From an uncultured virus (IMG/VR IMGVR_UViG_3300015607_005478) (lineage: Duplodnaviria > Heunggongvirae > Uroviricota > Caudoviricetes), in IMG/VR virus record IMGVR_UViG_3300015607_005478: a stretch of DNA of 64,000 bases. One strand, 5' to 3'. Position numbers and translations under genes: made by a program. Positions 10,558 to 20,271 of this stretch are shown in pieces. The notes under the pieces were generated by a model that saw nothing but the letters and a program-made list of their open reading frames with translations, did no database searches and was not told where the DNA came from. How positions within the stretch are numbered: position 1 is the first letter of the stretch; every line of letters starts with the position of its first letter.

Positions 10558-13500
10558 GTGACTCCCTCGGGCGCGATCGGAAGCGCGCTGAAGGAGCTAT
10601 TCAGCGCGAACGGCTACGTCAACAGCGGCTCGTTCGTCATGACGGGAAGCTTCGGCGGGCAAGTCGAGGCGTCGAGTGCGAGCGCGCGTTGCGGGAAGTC
10701 GGCGGCAGGAGTCCCTTCGGGCCGACTCGTGATCACGAGCGACGGCAACGACGGATTCAACTCGGGAGTCTCCGCCACCCCCAACGCTATCTCGACTCTT
10801 GTGACGTCGAATTGCCCCGCACCGACTGCGTCGGGCTCGCAGAGCATTCTTTTTTTCGTTTGCAAGATGACGTACGTGAATGGAGCCGGTGACGCGTTCC
10901 CGTACAACACGGCGAGCGATACCTACTTTTCGCTGAATGGATCCAACGGCGGCGCTCCCTACGCCGCGGACAACGGACCTCCGTTCATCTCGTCGACGGC
11001 GGCATTCATTCTCGGAGATAGCCAGTTCCATACCGTCATTCTCATCGGCGATGCGGACACGAACACGACAACAGCGTACTTCGACGGCACACTCGACGGT
11101 TCTTTGAGTCTCGGCCGCGCCTTCAATCGCGATGGCGAATGGGGAGCCGCGTTTAGCGTCGGTCTCGTTGACACCATGCGCAGTACCGACCTGATCGATC
11201 AGATTGGGTTCGGTTACAAGGCGAGTAACTTTACGGGAACGGAGATCGCGAATCTCCATCTCGCTCTTTACGACTACGTCAACGCGCGCGTAACGGCTGT
11301 CCAGCCCCCATTCGACCTGACGACGGGCGGAAAGTCCGTCACGATCAAAGGCATCGGGTTCTACACCGGATGTACCGTGACGATCGGAGGTACGGCGTGC
11401 ACGTCGGTCTCGTTCGTCGATTACAACACGATCACGTGCAACGTCCCGGCGAAGTCCGCGGGTTACTACGACGTGGTCGTCACGAATACAGACGGGACGA
11501 CATGCACGGGAACGGCGGCTTTTAGCTATTCGGCCACGACCAACGGCACAACTGTTGGTGCGCAGCGCAAGGGCTGGTTTGATGCGAACGTCGTCCCTCG
11601 ACGCAAGTTCGGCGGAATCGACGGCGACGATGAGGGCATCGACACGTATTCGTGGATCGACGTCACCATCGCGCCGTTCACCGCTTCGGGTTTCACGGCG
11701 ACGGGCTCCGCAGCAGCAAGTAGCCTCACCGCACTCGGATCGGGTGTTCTCCTCTTCTCGGCTTCTGGCTCTGCAGCAGTATCCTCTCTTACCGCAAGCG
11801 GCGCAGCCGCCGAGGTTTTCACATCGACGGGCTCCGCGGCAGCCTCATCACTCACCGGCTCTGGTTCAGGAGCTGAGGTCTTCTCTGCTACCGGCTCAGC
11901 AGCGGCCTCGCCCCTCACGGGTTCCGGTTCAGCAGCAGAAGTGTTCGCCGCAGCAGGAACAGCGGACGCCTCACCGCTGACTGCGACAGGTTCGGGCACG
12001 TATACGCCGCTTGCGATCACGGGCACTGGTTCGGCAGCGTGCTCTCCACTCACGGCGAGCGCCGCGGGCCTAGAGGTCTTCACCTCAACCGGCTCAGCAG
12101 CAGTTTCATCTCTTGCGGCTTCTGGTTCTGGCGAAGAGGACTTCAGCGGCACGGGCTCGGCGGCTTTGAGCTCGCTGGCGGCTGATGGAGCCGGCACGTA
12201 CACGCCTCTCGCGATCAGTGGAACGGGTAGCGCGACCTGCTCCTCGTTGGCGGGCAGCGGCATGTGCGAAGAGATCTTCTCCAGCTCTGGAACAGTGGCT
12301 GTCTCACCATTCGCAGCGACAGGTTCGGGCACGTACACGCTGTTGGCCATCAGCGGCTCCGGCAGTGCAGCATGCTCTCCGCTCACAGCGGATGCATCGG
12401 GCCTCGAGATATTCGCAGCTACGGGTAGTGCCGTTGCATCATCGCTTGCTGCTGATGGCGCCGGCACGTACACACCGCAAGCTATTTCAGGCGCCGGCAC
12501 GGCTACGTGTTCCTCCCTCGCCGGATCCGGCACTTGCGAAGAAGTGTTCACGAGCTCGGGCTCCGCTGACGCCTCACCCCTCACTGCTTCAGGCGTCGGC
12601 AACTACTCTCCGCCCGCCACAACTGGAACGGGCTCCGCCGCGTTCTCTCCGCTCACGGCTAGCGGCTCCGGAGAAGAAGACTTCACAGCGACGGGCAGCG
12701 GCGCTCTTTCCCCGTTGACCGCTGACGGCAGTGGAACGTACACGCCACAAGCGCTGAGCGGCACGGGGGCCTCAGCTCTTTCGTCGCTGGCCGGGTCCGG
12801 CTCGGCGGAGGAAGACTTCATTGCAAGCGGTGCGGCCGCGATCTCTTCGCTGGCTGCGAGCGGCTCCGGAGAAGAAGACTTTGCAGCCACGGGCGCAGCA
12901 GCGGCTTCGCCTTTGGCGGCCGACGGTGCAGGTACGTACACGTTCACGTTCACTGCAACGGGCGCAGCTGCGTTGTCCTCATTGGCGTGCACCGGCACCG
13001 CCGAGGAGGTGTTCGTGTCGTCGGGCTCGGGAGCCCTTTCGCCTCTCGCTGCGGACGGCACCGGCTTCTACTCTGCGAGCGGCGTCGTCGGATTCGGATC
13101 CGCCGACTTCTCGCCCTTGGCTGCCGACGGTTCGGGCGAAGAAGACTTCATCGCTAGCGGCTCAGCGGACGTGTCTCCTCTCGCCGCCGATGGATCGGGT
13201 ACGTACACGCCGCAGGCGATCTCCGGCAGCGGCTCCGCCGCTTTCAGTCCGCTAGCGTGCACCGGTGTCGGCCTCGAGATATTCGCAGCTACGGGCGCTG
13301 CAGCACTCTCCTCGTTTGAGGCTTCAGGCATCGGCGTTTACACACCATCGACCGTTTCGGGTACGGGCAGCGCCGCTCTCTCACCGCTCGCTGGAGCGGC
13401 TACGGGCGCCGAGGTCTTCACCGCGACAGGCGCTGCAGCACTCTCCTCGCTCACGGGCGCTGGCACGGGTAACTACATCGCTATTGCAATTGCCGGCACT

Positions 13501-14652
13501 GGCACGGCGGCGTTCTCTCCGTTGACGGGTCTGGGCACTGGAGAAGAAGACTTCACCGGTTCGGGTGCGGGCGCCCTCTCTTCTTTGGCGGCTGCTGGTT
13601 CCGGGACATACACACCGCTCGCCATCTCGGGCACCGGCTCGGGCTCCTTGTCTTCGTTCGCCGCCGACGCCGCTGGCCTCGAGCTCTTCATTGCAACGGG
13701 TACGGCGGCGGCTTCCCCGCTCGCAGCCGCGGGTTCTGGTCAATACAACACGCTCGTCTATGGCACCGGCAGCGCCGCTGTTTCGCCTCTCGCCGCCGAC
13801 GCCGCCGGCACGCAGGAATACATCTTCCGTGCGTCCGGCAGCGCCGACTTCTCACCACTCGCCGGCGCAGGCAGCGCTCTCGAGCTCTTCATTGCAACAG
13901 GCACTGGCGCGCTCTCTCCGCTCGCCGGCGCAGGCTCCGGTCGCGCCGTCTTCATCGCGTTGGGTACAGCCGCATTCTCACCACTCGCCGGACTCGGCTC
14001 AGCCCTCTACGTGACCAACCTCACCGGCACAGGAGCAGCCGCATTTAGTGCGCTTGCTGGAACAGGCGCTGCTGCGGAAGTTTTTGCAGCCGTCGGTGCT
14101 GCTGCTCTCAGCGCGATGCAGGCCGATGGTTCCGCACTCGAGGTGATGTCCGGTGCTGGCGCGGCAGCTATTTCCCGGCTCGACACTCTTGGCAGCGGTT
14201 CGACAGTCTTCGTTGCTTCGGGTGCAGGCGCCCTGTCTCCGCTCACCGGTTTCGGTGTTGGTGGCTTCTACAGCATTGGCTCGGGCTCCGCGGATCTCTC
14301 GCCACTTGCCGGACTCGGTGCGGGCACGATGCGTTTCATCGGCGCGGGCTCTGCCGCGCTCCTTATCCAGGCGGATGGTACAGGAGAGGAACGCTTCCTC
14401 GCCTCGGGCGCCGGTGCCGTTCGCCCCCTAACCGCGACGGGTTCCGCACTCACGTTCTTCAGCGTCATCTTCGGCGCCGGCGCCGCCACTATGGGGCGTA
14501 TCGACGCAAAGGGCACAGCGCTCACTGCGTTGCCTCCGGGACGTGTTCCGCCGCACGCAATCTCACATGCTGCGCGGCCTGGCGTTGGTCTTGTAGCGAT
14601 CATTCGTCCGGGCAGCATCGTCGAGCAGCTTCACGAGAAGAAGCGGCGCTGA
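10558..14652 (+). CDS. Large virion-type protein: N-terminal beta domain, IPT/TIG domain, then about 950 aa of ~20-23-aa Gly/Ala/Ser repeats
   Basis: IPT-like TTGGKSVTIKGIGFYTGCTVTIGG...ITCNVPAKSAGYYDVVVTNTDG; repeat (T/S)GSAAxS(P/S)LxAxGxG(EEDF|TYTP). Confidence 0.75.
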   Translation: MTPSGAIGSALKELFSANGYVNSGSFVMTGSFGGQVEASSASARCGKSAAGVPSGRLVITSDGNDGFNSGVSATPNAISTLVTSNCPAPTASGSQSILFFVCKMTYVNGAGDAFPYNTASDTYFSLNGSNGGAPYAADNGPPFISSTAAFILGDSQFHTVILIGDADTNTTTAYFDGTLDGSLSLGRAFNRDGEWGAAFSVGLVDTMRSTDLIDQIGFGYKASNFTGTEIANLHLALYDYVNARVTAVQPPFDLTTGGKSVTIKGIGFYTGCTVTIGGTACTSVSFVDYNTITCNVPAKSAGYYDVVVTNTDGTTCTGTAAFSYSATTNGTTVGAQRKGWFDANVVPRRKFGGIDGDDEGIDTYSWIDVTIAPFTASGFTATGSAAASSLTALGSGVLLFSASGSAAVSSLTASGAAAEVFTSTGSAAASSLTGSGSGAEVFSATGSAAASPLTGSGSAAEVFAAAGTADASPLTATGSGTYTPLAITGTGSAACSPLTASAAGLEVFTSTGSAAVSSLAASGSGEEDFSGTGSAALSSLAADGAGTYTPLAISGTGSATCSSLAGSGMCEEIFSSSGTVAVSPFAATGSGTYTLLAISGSGSAACSPLTADASGLEIFAATGSAVASSLAADGAGTYTPQAISGAGTATCSSLAGSGTCEEVFTSSGSADASPLTASGVGNYSPPATTGTGSAAFSPLTASGSGEEDFTATGSGALSPLTADGSGTYTPQALSGTGASALSSLAGSGSAEEDFIASGAAAISSLAASGSGEEDFAATGAAAASPLAADGAGTYTFTFTATGAAALSSLACTGTAEEVFVSSGSGALSPLAADGTGFYSASGVVGFGSADFSPLAADGSGEEDFIASGSADVSPLAADGSGTYTPQAISGSGSAAFSPLACTGVGLEIFAATGAAALSSFEASGIGVYTPSTVSGTGSAALSPLAGAATGAEVFTATGAAALSSLTGAGTGNYIAIAIAGTGTAAFSPLTGLGTGEEDFTGSGAGALSSLAAAGSGTYTPLAISGTGSGSLSSFAADAAGLELFIATGTAAASPLAAAGSGQYNTLVYGTGSAAVSPLAADAAGTQEYIFRASGSADFSPLAGAGSALELFIATGTGALSPLAGAGSGRAVFIALGTAAFSPLAGLGSALYVTNLTGTGAAAFSALAGTGAAAEVFAAVGAAALSAMQADGSALEVMSGAGAAAISRLDTLGSGSTVFVASGAGALSPLTGFGVGGFYSIGSGSADLSPLAGLGAGTMRFIGAGSAALLIQADGTGEERFLASGAGAVRPLTATGSALTFFSVIFGAGAATMGRIDAKGTALTALPPGRVPPHAISHAARPGVGLVAIIRPGSIVEQLHEKKRR
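11680..14520 (+). repeat. Degenerate coding tandem repeat, on the order of 40 units
   Basis: The peptide unit recurs throughout; DNA copies are synonymously diverged. Confidence 0.8.
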
Positions 14653-14668
14653 TTTTCGGTGTTGTTCG

Positions 14669-14677
14669 CGGCATAAG
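14669..14677 (+). promoter_or_regulatory. SGGVATAAG motif (candidate phage promoter)
   Basis: CGGCATAAG in the 42-nt gap before the NUDIX gene; related copies at 26279, 27217, 29690, 53894, 55663. Confidence 0.55.
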
Positions 14678-14694
14678 GGCCGTGGAGGAACAAC

Positions 14695-15213
14695 ATGGCG
14701 TTCTTGTACGGTCCGGGCGAAGGCGTGCGCCGCGCGTTCTCGGCCTCGGTGTTCTGCCGCCTTCAGGGCGATTCAAGGCGCATTCTTCTCATCCACCACA
14801 AGCTGCTCAAGCTTTGGCTACCGGTCGGCGGCGAGCTCGAGATACGGCAAGATCTCCAACAGGACGGGCCATGCGAGTTCTTCGTCCCAAGACCGGAAAC
14901 ACCGCTCGAGGCTGCAGCGCGCGAGGTGTTCGAGGAGACCGGCTTTACGCCGACCTTCCCGAAGATCAAACACGCACCGGCGGGCACACCGCGCGGCTTC
15001 CTCGGGTTCGAGGAATACTACGCTGGCCCGAAGGGCTACCACATGAACTTCTGCTTCCTCGCCGACGTCAACAGCGACGTACCGAAAGACGACGGTTCAT
15101 GGAGCGCGTATCGCTGGGTCAATCCGTACGACGCTCAAGGGGATAAGAGTCTTGAGATGCCGGACAACGTTCGCGACATTCTCTGGAAGATTCTCACAAC
15201 ACAAACGGAGTGA
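14695..15213 (+). CDS. NUDIX hydrolase
   Basis: ILLIHHK...WLPVGGELE...ETPLEAAAREVFEETG Nudix box, with an insertion between GGELE and ETPL. Confidence 0.9.
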   Translation: MAFLYGPGEGVRRAFSASVFCRLQGDSRRILLIHHKLLKLWLPVGGELEIRQDLQQDGPCEFFVPRPETPLEAAAREVFEETGFTPTFPKIKHAPAGTPRGFLGFEEYYAGPKGYHMNFCFLADVNSDVPKDDGSWSAYRWVNPYDAQGDKSLEMPDNVRDILWKILTTQTE

Positions 15214-17448
15214 GTATGGAGATCGACGAGAACCAGCTCTCGGTAATGCGCACGCGTGGCGGGACATGGGCTTGCTATGAGAATAAGGCACTCGACAGCG
15301 CTTCTGCCGGCGAGCGCATCTACATCAAGTACGGTCCAGGCTGCACTTTCGAAGTTCCGCCCTCACACGCGCCGGACGGTCCTTACGGCGCCGGATGGAA
15401 GTATCTCATCATCGGGAGCGTGAACCTCGAGAAGGGCGTGGTGGAGTGATGGGCGAAGTTGGCCTGAAGCTCGAAAGACAAGAAAACGAGACCTGGCGCG
15501 AGGCCGCGATTCGGGTTGCTCGCACACACGGATTGGAGGAAGAAGTTGGCAACACGTTCGACAGCTACATCGCGCAAGGCGACACGGAAGCGCAAGCAGC
15601 CTGGGCCGCCTGTTACGACTGGGACCTGTGCGAGCTCGCCTTCGTCGGTGGAAGTGACCGCCCGCCACCGGAAGGCGGCGCTGGCGCTGCTGGATCCGGA
15701 TGACGAGATCGTAAAGATCGATCACGGTCCATCGACACGTCGGATCGAGACCATTGCGAGGAAGCTCGCCGAACTCGAATACAAGACGCGCATGATCACC
15801 ATCACCGAGCGCCAGATCGTCGGCAACACCGACCGTTGGATTGAGATCAGCAACACCTCTCCGAGCGGCAAGACGCTCTTCGTTTGTCGCTCGTGTGGGC
15901 GGCAGAGCCCGGCGCCGGACAAGGTTTGCTCAGGCACAGTGAAGCTCTGGAATGGCGAGTTTCGCGCGTGTGCCGATTGGGAGCCTGCACCTATTCCGCC
16001 GAACGGCCGCATACGTGTTGAAGCACCGGGACTCACTCGCGCTATTGAGCTCGTGGAGGCGCGGCTTGAGTACACCCCGCCGTTCGATGGCGCCTACGCC
16101 TTTGGCAAGAAGATCTTGAACCAGCTCCGAGAGGAGCTCGGCGGCAAGGAGCCGCCAGAATCAAAAGGGCAAAGCGATGAATCAAAACGAAGAAAGCGAC
16201 GCGCCTCGACGCGTTGAGATGACGGATCGAGATAAGGCGGTTCTGCTTTGCCTCGAGCATGGTCTCGAACCAAAGTTGTGTGTCGATCTCTATCTGAAGC
16301 TCGCGGCACGCCCCAATAGGCTCGGCATCGATCCACTTCGCTTGACCAAGTTGCTCACGACACAGCGGTCCTATCACGAGGCCGACAACGAGCTCCTTGC
16401 TCAGCTCGAGCCGCTTGTTGCCGCGTTCGTGGAAGAACACGGAAGCGCCGCTCTCTTTGAAGAGGTGTACGTACTACCGGAGTGCGTCACGCGTTTCACG
16501 CTTTGGCGGCAGTACTTGGTGGGTGGCGTATGAATTACACACCTCCGGACCAAAAGCTCGAAGAGCCCCTCAGGGCACTCATCGAGAAGATCGCGCCCGT
16601 GCGAGAAGTGATGATTGAGCGCCCGCGCAACACGCGGGATTGGTCCGCGGAGCATCAAGAAGAGTTGCGTGAATGGGTGAAGCGTTTGGCGGCTCTCGAA
16701 GTCGACGCAATGAAGTTGAAAGACGAGGTACGGTAATGCGATTCGAACTTCACATCGAGCTCGGGAACGATCGGATGAAAACGATCTCTGACATCGTTCG
16801 TGCGCTGAAGAAGACGGCGGAGAAGGTCGCCGTCTACGCCAAGCCTTTGCTCGGCGAGGGTGGGCGCATCATGGACGAGAATGGCAACAGCGTCGGCCAC
16901 TGGGAGATCGTAGAGCCGTCAAGCAGTGACCCTGGCGACACCTGAGCTGCCCGCATGGCTCGTTGAGGGCGCCCTCGTTTGGGAGCGCGTCGACAATTGG
17001 AAGCCATGGAAGAAGTACCGCGTGCGCCGCGTCAAAGCGTGTTGTCGTTGCTGGTCTGGTTACATGGTGACGTTACAATGGCTCGAGCCGCCTCTTTACG
17101 GCTGGGGCCGTGAGGTGGACTCGAGCTTCTGTCGAGAGGCGTCCGAAGATGATCCAGTGCCCGACATGTCATGGGATGGGAACCGTCCGATCAAAAGTGT
17201 GGACACAAGGCGTGATACCAAAGGGCGTCCACCCCGCTATCGCGGCAGGCACGCCTGCGTATCGAACAATCGTTCAGGTCACGTGCGCGACGACGGGCTG
17301 CTCGACGTGGTCCGTGAGCGCGACACGGGTAACGGCGAGTCGTTCCGCGGATGCGCGACGCCCTCGACGAGGCATTCGCGGTCATCCGCGCGCACGTCAC
17401 CACGGATACGTCCAGGGATACGGGCGCAGAAAAACAACAGGAGAAGTG

Positions 17449-17892
17449 ATGGGTGACCGAGGAAACATCTACGTAAAGCAGCATCCCGCGCCGGGCGCGG
17501 CGAGCGGCGGCATCTTCATCTACTCGCACTGGTCGGGATTCCGGCTTCCGGAGTTGCTCCAAGACGCCCTCAAGAAGGGCGAATCGCGGTGGGACGACGA
17601 GCCGTACCTCACGCGCATCATCGCGCAGGGCATCTTTGGCGATGACGATGGCATCACGGGCTACGGCATTACGACCTACCTCACCGACAATGACTATCCC
17701 GTGCTCGTCGTCGACTCTGAGCGGCGAATGGTCGGCGTAGCGGAGGCGCCTCGCGGCACCGATATCGGCACAATCTTCCGCGAGCTCTCCTTCGAGGCGT
17801 TTACGTCGCTCGACAAGAACGCGCTGGAGTCCTTCCGCGACCGGTCATCGCCTCTGGCCAGCGCCGACACCAAGACGGGAGGGACACCGTGA
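17449..17892 (+). CDS. Phage hypothetical protein
   Basis: AGGAG RBS; MGDRGNIYV...IYSHWSG...RWDDEPYLTRII; ends SADTKTGGTP. Confidence 0.7.
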   Translation: MGDRGNIYVKQHPAPGAASGGIFIYSHWSGFRLPELLQDALKKGESRWDDEPYLTRIIAQGIFGDDDGITGYGITTYLTDNDYPVLVVDSERRMVGVAEAPRGTDIGTIFRELSFEAFTSLDKNALESFRDRSSPLASADTKTGGTP

Positions 17893-18299
17893 GCGCCAAG
17901 ACGACGCGCATCGTGGTCAAGGGCGAGGCCTGGGACGTGCCGCGAGGCTTCGGTCGCGCGTACGCCGACGTCGCGTACGGCGAGGAGCACTGCGAGCCCG
18001 AGACGCTCAATGACATCCTCGGGCTCATCGGCTACTGCGCGACGACCGAGACGATCGAGTCGTGGACGCTGCGCCAGCGCGTCGACGCGCTCGTTTATGC
18101 GGCCAACGTCTCCGCGCGTGCGAGCGACAACGTCGTCCGGCGGTGCCCTCGCCCGGATTGGTTCCCCGAACATCCGTGGCGCGGGCCGGAGATCGGCGAG
18201 GCCGGAACCATCTTCGGCGGCCCGGGCCCGACCCCGATCGAGCGCACGTCCCCTGAGGTATCCGCCGACACGTCGACGTCGAAGGGAAGGACAGAGTAA
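17889..18299 (+). CDS. Phage hypothetical protein
   Basis: GTGA-coupled; ends VSADTSTSKGRTE. Confidence 0.6.
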   Translation: MSAKTTRIVVKGEAWDVPRGFGRAYADVAYGEEHCEPETLNDILGLIGYCATTETIESWTLRQRVDALVYAANVSARASDNVVRRCPRPDWFPEHPWRGPEIGEAGTIFGGPGPTPIERTSPEVSADTSTSKGRTE

Positions 18300-18562
18300 T
18301 GGCTGCTGAGATTCGAATCGTCATCGCGCAACGCGGCTGGGTGTTTGTTGGTCGCATCTCGCGCGAAGAGCACGAGATCGTACTTCGCGACGCGAAGAAC
18401 ATCCGTCGCTGGGGCACAAAGAAGGGGCTCGGCGAATTGTGGTCGGGACCCAAGACCGAAACCGTGCTCGATGAGGCCGGCACCGTGCGCCTGCACCCGT
18501 TGCAGGTCATCGCTCAGATCGACGTCGACCAAAAGGCGTGGGAGAAAAAACTTGGCCGTTGA
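18299..18562 (+). CDS. Small SH3/Sm-like phage protein
   Basis: IRIVIAQRGWVFVG...LRDAKNIRRWGTKKGLGEL; from recollection this type often precedes GYGDG-repeat genes in phages. Confidence 0.65.
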   Translation: MAAEIRIVIAQRGWVFVGRISREEHEIVLRDAKNIRRWGTKKGLGELWSGPKTETVLDEAGTVRLHPLQVIAQIDVDQKAWEKKLGR

Positions 18563-18970
18563 TAGCATCCTTCGCGCGGCGGAGTTGGGCGACCTTTGCG
18601 CGCTGGAAATCGTCGACGATCGTGAACGAGAGAGGGGGTGCCATGCATCTGAGTTGTTGAGCTCGGATGCGGAAGCATTCGAGCTCTACGGCTCCGGCTC
18701 CGGCGACNNNNNNNNNNNNNNNNNNNNNNNNNNNNNNNNNNNNNNNNNNNNNNNNNNNNNNNNNNNNNNNNNNNNNNNNNNNNNNNNNNNNNNNNNNNNN
18801 NNNNNNNNNNNNNNNNNNNNNNNNNNNNNNNNNNNNNNNNNGGCGACGGCTCCGGCGACGGCTCCGGCTACGGCTACGGCCTTCAGATCTCGATCTCGCA
18901 GGCTGACGAGAATGGGCTCGTATCGCCTCAGGTCTCCGACGCCACAAAAGCCGAAGGGCCCGAGCGATGA
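18552..18970 (+). CDS. Gly-rich (GSGDG/GYG) repeat protein spanning an assembly gap
   Basis: TTG start MAVDSILRAA...YGSGSGD [N gap] GDGSGDGSGYGYGLQISI...VSDATKAEGPER*; the frame across the gap cannot be verified. Confidence 0.55.
18708..18841. other. Assembly gap (N run) inside a GGCTCC/GGCGAC repeat
   Basis: Run of N flanked by the same hexamer-type repeats. Confidence 0.95.
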
Positions 18971-18986
18971 TCGCCCGAGCCCTGTC

Positions 18987-19181
18987 TCACTCCTCCGCGG
19001 CGTCCGCCATAACTAGCGCGCTCACGTACGCACTGGCGGTCATCCCTCTGGCGCGCGCACGGCGGTCCAGAACGCGTCTGACGGACGGGGGCAGGCGCAG
19101 CTTGGTTTGCTGCGCCTTGCGCTCGTCCTCGGGCTGCGAGGCGCCGTGGCGGCTCTCCTCGCCTGCTCGGGGGCGTGCCAC
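18987..19181 (-). CDS. Ribbon-helix-helix (CopG/Arc-like) transcriptional regulator
   Basis: GTG 19181; QTKLRLPPSVRRVLDRRARARGMTASAYVSALV has the RHH strand-helix-G-x-T/S-helix pattern; 64 aa. Confidence 0.75.
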   Translation of the reverse strand: MARPRAGEESRHGASQPEDERKAQQTKLRLPPSVRRVLDRRARARGMTASAYVSALVMADAAEE

Positions 19182-19182
19182 G

Positions 19183-19371
19183 TCAGAGCCCCAGGAGTCG
19201 GTCGGCGTCGGCCGCGTTACCAGTTCGCTCGGCACCGTTGCGAATGCGCGAGCGCAGATACTTGGAGCCCTCGCGCACACCATCGTTGCCGCGAGCAAGA
19301 TCCCAAAATCGCGCATCGTTCTTGATTCCGACGACCGTCTCCGCACACGCAACAAGCTGTCGATCCGTCAT
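19183..19371 (-). CDS. Small hypothetical protein (62 aa)
   Basis: GGAGG 8 nt before ATG 19371; its stop is 1 nt from the RHH start. Confidence 0.65.
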   Translation of the reverse strand: MTDRQLVACAETVVGIKNDARFWDLARGNDGVREGSKYLRSRIRNGAERTGNAADADRLLGL

Positions 19372-19443
19372 GGTCATATCCTCCACGGCCGCAAGCCCGC
19401 CCCGGCGGTGAGCCAGGTACGGGCGGGACAGGGCGGCGTAGGG

Positions 19444-19737
19444 TCAGGCCTTGTCGAGGTGGACGCGCCACTCGTTGCCGTCGTCGTCGGTGCCCCAGTA
19501 CTCGACGACGTCAGCCGACTCGGCGTAGTCCTCGCTCTCGGCCGAGAGAGTGTCAGCAAGCTCGCCATTCCAATCGGCGTGGATGATGCTGTTGGTCGAG
19601 ATCGAGTCGGCGATCAGCTTGGTCACGGTCACGTCGGCGCGCTCGCTCGACGTCGTCACCACGCCATCGCTCCAGCGGTAGGTCATCGCGTTGCGGACGT
19701 TGTCGTAGCCGTGGCTCTGGATCGTGGGGGTCTTCAT
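19444..19737 (-). CDS. Small acidic protein (97 aa), candidate anti-defence protein
   Basis: MKTPTIQ...SAESEDYAESADVVEYWGTDDDGNEWRVHLDKA; 19 D/E versus 7 K/R; purine-rich leader. Confidence 0.7.
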   Translation of the reverse strand: MKTPTIQSHGYDNVRNAMTYRWSDGVVTTSSERADVTVTKLIADSISTNSIIHADWNGELADTLSAESEDYAESADVVEYWGTDDDGNEWRVHLDKA

Positions 19738-19787
19738 GGCGGTCTCTCTTTTCTTGCGGGCCGCTCCGTGCGCCCCGAACACGTCTA

Positions 19788-19816
19788 TGTATATGGCGGG
19801 GTACCCCGCCATGCAA
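19788..19816 (-). promoter_or_regulatory. Sigma70-like promoter with a 20-bp perfect palindromic operator
   Basis: Minus strand TTGCAT-N17-TATACA; ATGGCGGGGTACCCCGCCAT (19793-19812) fills the spacer. Confidence 0.75.
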
Positions 19817-19912
19817 GCCCCCGGCGAAAGAAAGTCATGATCTCTCGGAAAAACAGCGGTGGAAATCGTCGTGTGGCGTCGGATTCCGATCAGTCCCTCC
19901 ACGGGGGCCAAG

Positions 19913-20271
19913 TGACCAGCGACATCGTTATGGGCGCGCTCATCGCGGCGCGCGATTACCTGCGGCGCGCCGCGCAATCGGAGCCGACTTACGGCTACTT
20001 CCACGGCGGCGATCCGCGCGACTTCTCGCCGGACGCCGAGGTCTGCACGGAGGCCGAGCTCGCGGCGCACAAGGAGGCCTGCGAGCGGTGGGAGCGCGGA
20101 GAGCGCCCCGAATACGAGAAGCACCACCACGACGTCTCGCAGGTCGGCAACACGGTCGTGGCGGTGTCCTACGCGGGCGCCTTCGGCCTCGGCACCTATC
20201 AGTGGCGGGACGAAGACGCCGAGGACGCGCTCGACCAAGTGGAGGCCGCAATCGCGGCGATGACCCGATGA
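19913..20271 (+). CDS. Phage hypothetical protein
   Basis: 3' part of the listed 434-aa ORF (MTSDIVMGAL...YGYFHGGDPRDFSPDAE..ELAAHKEAC) has phage-like codon use. Confidence 0.55.

Noticed and set aside
18967..20271. 434-aa plus-strand ORF
   Set aside because: The first ~315 codons are the antisense shadow of the minus-strand cassette and its promoter; only the part from about 19913 looks like a real gene.
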